Below are positions 55,846 to 64,000 of a stretch of 64,000 bases of DNA, one piece after another. This DNA comes from Flaccisagitta enflata (Eukaryota). The stretch spans positions 28,086,001-28,150,000 of the forward strand of contig OZ231126.1 in NCBI GenBank assembly GCA_965153355.1. Direction: 5' to 3'. A program made the position numbers and the translations under genes. The notes under the pieces are model-generated. The model ran no database searches. It worked only from the letters and a program-made list of their open reading frames with translations, and was not told where the DNA came from. Within the stretch, counting starts at the first letter, position 1. The number at the start of each line of letters is the position of its first letter.

Positions 55846-56221
55846 CTAAGGTTTGTTAACCTTGTTTCTTTGTCCTTTTCTTTCTTTTTCTTCTTCATCT
55901 TCTTCTCCCTCTTCATCTTCGTCTTCCTCCGCTTCATCTTCATCTGTCTCTTCATCTTCTCCTTCATCTTCTCCTTCATCTTCTTCTTCTTCCCCATCTT
56001 TTTCTTCTTCTTCTTCTTCTTCTTCTTCTTCTTCTTCTTCTTCTTCTTCTTCTTCTTCTTCTTCTTCTTCTCTTTCTTCTTTCTTTTTTTTCTTCCCCAT
56101 CTTTTTTTTCTTCCAGACTTTCTTCCTTTCTTCCATTTTCTTCAAAGTTAGTCCCTTCATCCTTCCATTCTTTCTTTCTTCCATTCCTTCCTTCGGCCTT
56201 CCAATCTTCCTCATCTTCCAT
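55846..56221 (-). CDS. Possible terminal acidic coding segment of the TcmP-like gene
   Basis: Reads ...EKDGEEEEDEGEDEGEDEETDEDEAEEDEDEEGEEDEEEKERKGQRNKVNKP*, followed by AATAAA at ~55827 and ~55800 (-). The frame across the GAA run is ambiguous and no clear acceptor is visible. Confidence 0.3.
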
Positions 56222-58985
56222 TGTTCATTCCTTTCTTCCATTCCTTCCTTCGGCCTTCCAATCTTCCTCACCTTCCATTCTTTATTCCTTTCTTCCATTC
56301 CTTCCTTCAGCCTTCCAATCTTCCTCACCTTCCATTATTTTAGTCCTTTTTTCCATTCCTTCCTTCGACCTTCTAATCTTCCTCACCTTCCATTCTTTTT
56401 TTCTTTCTTCCATTCCTTCCTTCGGCCTTCCAATCTTCCTCACCTTCCATTCTTCATTCCTTTTTGGGCAGCGGCCCCAAAGGGCCGATGTCCTGTAGGA
56501 CACAGGGGTGAATTTCCTCACGTCTGTCCGTCCGTACGTCCGTCTGTCCGTACATCCCCCCCTGAACCGTCTCAATTCTCAAATTTCCATTGAATAACAT
56601 GGGAAAATGCAAAATGTAAACTTCCCATTGAATAACATGGGAAAATGCAAAATGCAAACTTCCCATTGAATAACATGGGAAAATGACAACTTGCAAACTT
56701 CCCATTGAATAACATGGGAAAATGACAACTTGCAAACTTCCCTTTGAATAACATGGAAAATTTACAAACAATAGAAAAATGCCCATTTTCCATCGAATAA
56801 CATAGAAAATTAACAAAAAATGAAAAAAAAAGCAAAATAGCAATTGGATAACACAGAAAATTGACAAGAAAATGAAATTCCCATTGAACATGGAAAATTG
56901 ACAATAAATTGTAGAAAATACATAGCTGCCATTGAATATCATGGAAAATTGCCTCTAAGGCCTGAAATATGCCTTCTCAGGACGTAAGGAAATGCACCCC
57001 TGTGTCCTACAGGACATCGGCCCTTTGGGGCCGCTGCCCTGCTCTCACTCCACCTCTTTAGTTGATCACTCCAAGCAGGGCATCGGGTACCGCTGACCAT
57101 GTGCAATCCTTGGATGACTTGTTTCCATTCCTTTCTTCAGCCTTCCAACCTTCCTCACCTTCCATTGTTCATTCCTTTCTTCCATTCCTTCCTTCGGCCT
57201 TCCAATCTTCCTCACCTTCCATTCTTTATTCCTTTCTTCCATTCCTTCCTTCGGCCTTCCAATCTTCCTCACCTTCCATTCTTTATTCCTTTCTTCCATT
57301 CCTTCCTTCGGCCTTCCAATCTTCCTCACCTTCCATTGTTCATTCCTTTCTTCCATTTGTCGCTTCGGCCTTCCAATCTTCCTCCCCTTCCATTCTTTAT
57401 TCCTTTCTTCCATTCCTTCCTTCGGCCTTCCAATCTTCCTCACCTTCCATTGTTCATTCCTTTCTTCCCTTCCTTCCTTCGGCCTTCCAATCTTCCTCAC
57501 CTTCCATTGTTCATTCCTTTCTTCCCTTCCTTCCTTCGGCCTTCCAATCTTCCTCCCCTTCCATTCTTTATTCCTTTCTTCCATTCCTTCCTTCGGCCTT
57601 CCAATCTTCCTCACCTTCCATTGTTCATTCCTTTCTTCCATTCTTTCCTTCGGCCTTCCAATCTTCCTCACCTTCCATTGTTCATTCCTTTCTTCCATTC
57701 CTTCCTTCGGCCTTCCAATCTTCCTCACCTTCCATTCTTTATTCCTTTCTTCCATTCCTTCCTTTGGCCTTCCATTCTTCCTCACCTTCCATTGTTCATT
57801 CCTTTCTTCCATTCCTTGCTTCTGCCTTCCAATCTTTCTCACCTTCCATTCTTTATTCCTTTTTTCCATTCCTTCCTTCGGCCTTCCAATCTTCCTCACC
57901 TTCCATTCTTTATTTCTTTCTTCCATTCCTTGCTTTGGCCTTCCAATCTTCCTCACCTTCCATTGTTCATTCCTTTCTTCCATTCCTTCCTTCGGCCTTC
58001 CAATCTTCCTCACCTTCCATTGTTCATTCCTTTCTTCCATTCCTTCCTTCGGCCTTCCAATCTTCCTCACCTTCCATTCTTTATTCCTTTCTTCCATTCC
58101 TTCCTTCGGCCTTCCAATCTTCCTCACCTTCCATTGTTCATTCCTTTCTTCCATTCCTTCCTTCGGCCTTCCAATCTTCCTCACCTTCCATTGTTCATTC
58201 CTTTCTTTCATTCCTTCCTTCGGCCTTCCAATCTTCCTCACCTTCGATTCTTTATTCCTTTCTGCCATTCCTTCTTTCGGCCTTCCAATCTTCCTCACCT
58301 TCCATTGTTCATTCCTTTCTTCCATTCCTTCCTTTGGCCTTCCAATCTTCCTCACCTTCCATTGTTCATTCCTTTCTTCCATTCCTTCCTTCGGCCTTCC
58401 AATCTTTCTCACCTTCCATTCTTTATTCCTTTCTGCCATTCCTTCTTTCGGCCTTCTAATCTTCCTCACCTTCCATTCTTTATTCCTTTCTTCCATTCCT
58501 TGCTTCGGCCTTCCAATCTTCCTCACCTCCATTGTTTATTCCATTCTTCCATTCCTTCCTTCGGCCTTCCAATCTTTCTCACCTTCCATTGTTCATTCCT
58601 TTCTTCCATTCCTTCCTTCGGCCTTCCAATCTTCCTCACCTTCCATTGTTCATTCCTTTCTTCCATTCCTTCCTTCGGCCTTCCAATCTTCCTCACCTTC
58701 CATTGTTCATTCCTTTCTTCCATTCCTTCCTTCAACCTTCCAATCTTCCTCACCTTCCATTGTTCATTCCTTTCTGCCATTCCTTCTTTCGGCCTTCTAA
58801 TCTTCCTCACCTTCCATTGTTCATTCCTTTCTTCCATTCCTTCCTTCGGCCTTCCAATCTTCCTCACCTTCCATTGTTCATTCCTTTCTTCCATTCCTTG
58901 CTTCATCCTTCCAATCTTCCTCACCTTCCATTCTTTATTCCTTTCTTCCATTCCTTCCTTCGGCCTTCCAATCTTCCTCACCTTC
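56170..58985 (-). repeat. 57-bp minisatellite, about 37 units, interrupted by a HINE
   Basis: Homogeneous units; one minus-strand frame reads WKVRKIGRPKEGMEERNEQ (19 aa). Confidence 0.95.
56461..57123 (+). mobile_element. HINE family A with a ~38-bp internal array
   Basis: tttttgggcagcggcccc, GTCY, (cccattgaataacatgggaaaatg...)n, ggggccgctgccc, end ggatgacttgtt; inserted at TT within a 57-bp unit. Confidence 0.88.
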
Positions 58986-59809
58986 ATTCTTTTTTCCATT
59001 CTCTCTTTCTTTCTTCCACACGTTCTGTCTTTCTCTTTCTTTTCTTCTGTCTTTCTTTCCTTTTTTCTTTCTCCTTTTCTTTCTTCTCCTTCTTCTTCTT
59101 CTTCTTCTTCTTCTTCTTCTTCTTCTTCTTCTTCTTCTTCTTCTCCTTCCTCTTCTTCTCCTTCCTCTTCTATCTCCTCTTCTCCTCCTCCTCCTCCATC
59201 TTCTTCTTCTTCCTCTTCCCCTTCTTCTTCTTCATCGTCATCTTCCTCCTCTCCATCACTAATCTGCGGAGACTGTCGAGTATCGGCGCTACTTGCCATC
59301 TCACACCAGTGGATCAACATGTTTCTCTCATCATCTTTTTTCCCCGTAATTGGTGGCCTTTTTTCAATCAGTCCTCTTTCAACCATCAGTTTCAAAACAG
59401 CGTGCATGACCGATTTCTTGATCCTCTTTTGCCCTTCCTTCATCGCTTTTGGACGCGGGAACGACTTGAATAACATGCCATTTGTTATGGGCAATCCGTG
59501 AGCCTGCATTTTTTGGATCACCCATGGGACGAAATGACCCAGCGATTGTTTGTTGTCTGGATCGCTGAGGAAAGTTTTCAAGCCGGCGGTCACGGCTGCG
59601 TCGGCGAAGGTAACCAACCAATAGTTACCATATTTTTTGAGATTTGGCTTTGGCTTTGGCTGTGGCTGTGGTTGTGGCTGTGGCTGTGGCTTTGGGTTTG
59701 GCTGGTCGTGGTCCTTTGTTGAAGACGAAATTCGGGCGCGGAAAACACCTTTTCTTCTTTTTTCGCCGTTGGTTTCCACGTGCACGATTCGGAGTGTGTC
59801 TTCCAAAAC
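58982..59809 (-). CDS. Coding exon of a TcmP-like gene: end of winged helix 1, PQ/PK insert, second winged-helix-like region, acidic tail
   Basis: Phase-0 acceptor tttctcaattatAAG|GTT TTG GAA; reads VLEDTLRIVHVETNGEKRRKGVF...YGNYWLVTFAD...KKSVMHAVLKLMVERGLIEK...; first strong donor AAG|gtgagg at 58981. The 3' boundary is uncertain. Confidence 0.7.
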
Positions 59810-59883
59810 CTTATAATTGAGAAATTATTGTCACTGGTGAGTGGTGACCACCTCTGTCTCTCTGTCTCTCTCTGTCTCTCTCC

Positions 59884-60067
<184 letters not shown>

Positions 60068-60148
60068 AAAAAGAACGAAAGAAAGAAAAAAAAAGGAAGA
60101 AAGAAAGGAAGAAAGAAAGAAACAAACAAACAAACAAACAAGTTAACA

Positions 60149-60292
<144 letters not shown>

Positions 60293-60296
60293 AGGA

Positions 60297-60399
<103 letters not shown>

Positions 60400-60404
60400 G
60401 AAAA

Positions 60405-60479
<75 letters not shown>

Positions 60480-60488
60480 GAAGAAAAA

Positions 60489-60572
<84 letters not shown>

Positions 60573-60852
60573 AAAAAAAAGAAAGAAAGAAAGGAAGAAG
60601 AAAAAAAAAGAAAAACAGGAAGATGATCAAAAAAGAGGCCGAAGACACGGCTATTACTAGCCGTTTTGGGAAGTGTAAAAACTAGCTAAAACGTCCATGA
60701 GAGGACATGTCAATTTTGACCGACGAAGAGGCGGACCGACAGATACAGTAAGGAGATGCGGGCACGCGAGTAAGAAAAACATGTACACTGTTTACAGCAA
60801 ATGTGACTCCATTTTCTTTATCTTGAGCGCCTTTGCTCTCTGTCTCTCTCTA

Positions 60853-60927
<75 letters not shown>

Positions 60928-61005
60928 AGAAAGAAAGAGAAAGAAAGAAAAGAGAGAAGAAGAAAGAAACAAAGAAACAAAGAAAGAAAGAAAGAAAAAG
61001 AAAAA

Positions 61006-61080
<75 letters not shown>

Positions 61081-61167
61081 AGAAGAAAAGAAAAAAAGAA
61101 AAAAGAAAAAAGAAGAAAAAAGGAAAACAAGAAATAAAAAAAGAAAAAAAGAAAGAAAGGAAGAAAA

Positions 61168-61227
<60 letters not shown>

Positions 61228-61229
61228 AT

Positions 61230-61263
<34 letters not shown>

Positions 61264-61279
61264 AAGATAGAAAGAAAGT

Positions 61280-61331
<52 letters not shown>

Positions 61332-61486
61332 AGAAAAAAAAAGACATACAGGAAGATGATCAAAAAGGAGGCCGAAGACACGGCTATTACTAGCCGTTTT
61401 GGGTAGTGTAGAAAGGACAAGTCAATTTTGACCGACGAAGAGGCGGACCGACAGATACAGTGAGGAGACGCGGGCACGCGAGTAAG

Positions 61487-62187
61487 AACAGGTCGCCCAA
61501 GGGCAATATGTGGTCATCGATACCCGTTGCCCTGCTTTGCATGAATGTGAATTTGTGAGGGGAAGCAGGGCAGCGGCCCCGAAGAGGACGAAGTCCTGAA
61601 GAATACAGGGGGAATTTCGTTCGTCCTGCCTGACAACATTGATGAGGTGCTATAGTGCACTGATTGAAGGCCTTAAAGAGTCTGAAGACTTTCCCAAGGC
61701 TTAAATGGCAATCAGGTCTGATTCGAAGCCTGATAGCGCTACTTTGAGGCCTGTGAGGCCTAATTTGAGGTCTGAGAGGGCTAATTTGAGGCCTGAGAGG
61801 GCTAATTTGAGGCTTGAGAGGCCAAGTTCAAGGGCTTACAGGCCAGATGTGAGACCTGACAGGCCAGATTTGGGACCTGAGAGACCCAATTTGAGGTCTG
61901 AGGGGCAGGATTTGTGGCCTGAGGGGAAGGATTTGAGGCCTGAGAGCCTGGATTTGAGGCCTGAGAGGCCGGATTGCAGGCCTGAGAGGCCGGATTTCAG
62001 GCCTGAGAGGCCAGATTTGAGACCTGAGAGGCCAGATTTGAGACCTGAGAGGCTGGATTTCGGGTCTGAGGGGACTGATGGGGATGGGGACGGATGAACG
62101 GACGAACGAACGAACGGACGAACGGATGAACGAAAGTCCCCCTGTGTTCTACAGGACTTCGTCCCCTTCGAGGCCGCTGCCCAAAAA
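61487..62187 (-). mobile_element. HINE family A in the intron, about 20 nt from the donor
   Basis: Same termini and 21-bp array as 3609-4292. The flanks rejoin as catgtt|cttactcgcg, as in the HINE-free duplicates at 44634-44651 and 60766-60783. Confidence 0.88.
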
Positions 62188-62207
62188 CATGACACCATTC
62201 TCTTTAC

Positions 62208-62423
62208 CTTGAGCGCCTTTGCGTGATACACAAAAGGAGTCTCCAGCAGAATCCTCTTCTTCACCTGGCCCAACGGTAACGTGAGGCCGCGCAGAAGCCG
62301 AAAGATGGCGTTGCCTTCGTACTCGTCGTCAGTTTTCCGGATGTAATCGATCTTCGGCCCATTCTTGCGATGAAACGCGGAGAAACAGAGGTCGTCCGGT
62401 AGGTCGGTGACGCACATCATCGC
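62208..62423 (-). CDS. Internal coding exon (72 codons) of a TcmP-like gene
   Basis: Acceptor ttctaccatatacccttAG|GCG and donor CTCAAG|gtaaag, both phase 0. High-complexity peptide AMMCVTDLPDDLCFSAF...RKTDDEYEGNAIFRLLRGLTLPLGQVKKRILLETPFVYHAKALK joins in frame to the 59809 exon. Confidence 0.75.
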
Positions 62424-62739
62424 CTAAGGGTATATGGTAGAAGTCGCAAAAGTAAAGGCACGGTATCTGGATGCTAACGCCAGGCCCAAGGTGAATGACT
62501 AAGCCCGGGATGGTGTCCAGGCTGCTCTCATGGTTAGTGCCGATTAATTTCCGCCAAAAAACAAATAATCGTTAGAGCGCTTTTGGAGAAAAGTTGAGTT
62601 TTTTCCCGCAAAAAAACATTTTTTGTCCAAAAATGGCAAAAATTAAGAAAAAATAATCATTTTTTCCACTCTTTTGTACTCAAGTAGTACCTTGGCTTAA
62701 ACGTTGTAGTCACATAGTGTAGGGGAAAACATACATATG

Positions 62740-63895
62740 GATAACGGGGGGTTTAGGACCCCTAGGGGCCCTCTAAGGGGCCCCCAAAGGCTCAAAAAGG
62801 CCAAAATGGCTCAATAATACTTCTTGTTCTGCCATGATGTACTCCAGTGGTATACCGACCTATCAGTCATTCCCATCCAGAGTGCTGGGAGATGTGCAGA
62901 TGGATAACGGGGGTCAAGGTCCCCTAGGGGCCCTCTAATGGGCCCCCAGGGACTCAAAATAGCCAAAATGGCTCAAAAATGCTTCTTGTTCTGCCCTGTT
63001 GTACCCCAAAGGAGCACCAACCTATCTGTCAGTTCCATCTACAGTGGTGGCAGATGTGCAGATGGATGACGGGGGTTTGAGACCCTTACAGGCCCTCTAG
63101 GGGGCCCCGAGGGGCTCAAAAAGGCCAACATGGCTCAGAAATGCTTCTTGTTCTGCCCTGTTGTACCTAAGTAGTACACCGACCTATCAGTCATTCCCAT
63201 CTAGAGTGGTGGAAGATATGCAAATGGATAACAGGGGTTAAGGACCCCTAGGGGCTCCCTAAAGGGCCCCCAAGGACGCAAAATGGCTTACATGGCTCAA
63301 AAATTCTTCTTGTTCTGCCATGATGTACTCCAGTGGTATACTGACCTATCAGTCATTTCCATCTAGAAAGGCGGGAGATGTGCAGATGGAAAATAGGGGG
63401 TTTGGGACACCTAGGGGCCTCCAAGGGGCCCCCAAGGACTCAAAATGGCCAAAATGGCTCAATGCTTCTTGTTCTGCCATGATGTACTCCAGTGGTATAC
63501 TGACCTATCAGTCATTCCAATCTGGAGTGGTGGGAGATGTGCAGATGGTTGATGGGGGTTAAGGACCCCTAGGGGGCCCTCTAAGGAGCCCCCAGGGACT
63601 TAAAATGGCCAAAATAGTTCAAATATGCTTCTTGCTCTGCCATGATGTACTTCAGTGGTTTACCAACCTATCAGTCATTCACATCTGGAGTGGTGGGAGA
63701 TGTGCATATGGATAACGGGGGTTAAGGACCCCTAGGGGCCCTCTAAGGGACCCCGGGGACTCAAAATGACCAAAACGGCTCAAAAACGCTTCTTGTTCTG
63801 CCATGATGTACTCCAGCGGTTCACCAACCTATCCTTGGAGATGTGCAAATAGATAACCGGGGTTTGAGACCCTTAGGTGCCTCCTCAATAACCCC
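62740..63895. repeat. ~162-bp satellite, about 7 units, probably internal to a non-autonomous element starting near 62545
   Basis: The cttcttgttctgcc motif recurs near 62821, 62983, 63145, 63307, 63466, 63629 and 63790. Confidence 0.92.
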
Positions 63896-63896
63896 C

Positions 63897-64000
63897 AGGG
63901 ACAATATGTGGTCAGCGATATCCGTTGCCCTGCTTTGCATGATTGTGAATTGTAGTGAGCGGATGCAGGGCAGCGGCTCCAAAGGGGATGAAGTCCTGTA
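63897..64000 (-). mobile_element. HINE family A end, running off the window
   Basis: caatatgtggtcagcgatatccgttgccctgcttt ... cagggcagcggc. Confidence 0.75.

Noticed and set aside
59290-59420. Z-alpha (Z-DNA-binding) domain
   Set aside because: KK...L...G...PP..W is superficially similar, but the diagnostic Asn and Tyr of the KKxINxxLY helix are absent and the PP-W spacing is wrong. Kept only as generic wHTH-like.
57062-59501. Long plus-strand ORFs (465, 800 and 313 aa)
   Set aside because: They are translations of the pyrimidine strand of the 57-bp repeat, which rarely forms stops, and antisense to the real exon.

Overview
AT-rich, repeat-dense eukaryotic (most likely invertebrate animal) genomic DNA. 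There are no operons, rRNA, tRNA or CRISPR arrays. Most ORFs in the track are artefacts of microsatellites or tandem repeats. The window is a mosaic of Helentron-associated (DINE-1/HINE-like) non-autonomous elements, TA-flanked Tc1/pogo-type MITEs, fold-back elements, satellites and one 5'-truncated LINE. Two protein-coding signals stand out. (1) A compact single-exon gene at 13350-13604 (-) with a TATA box encodes a signal peptide, an RR site and five 12-aa acidic repeats whose variation is mostly synonymous. (2) A spliced minus-strand gene (exons 62208-62423 and 58982-59809) that the ORF track misses. Its joined translation resembles the C-terminal part of bacterial three-Cys-motif partner (TcmP, methyltransferase-fold plus winged-helix) proteins; this is my motif recognition, not a search result. 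This gene lies in one arm of a ~5-6 kb inverted duplication within a complex rearranged block (38-62 kb), part of which looks like low-accuracy assembly. Element boundaries are read by eye and may be off by a few bases.
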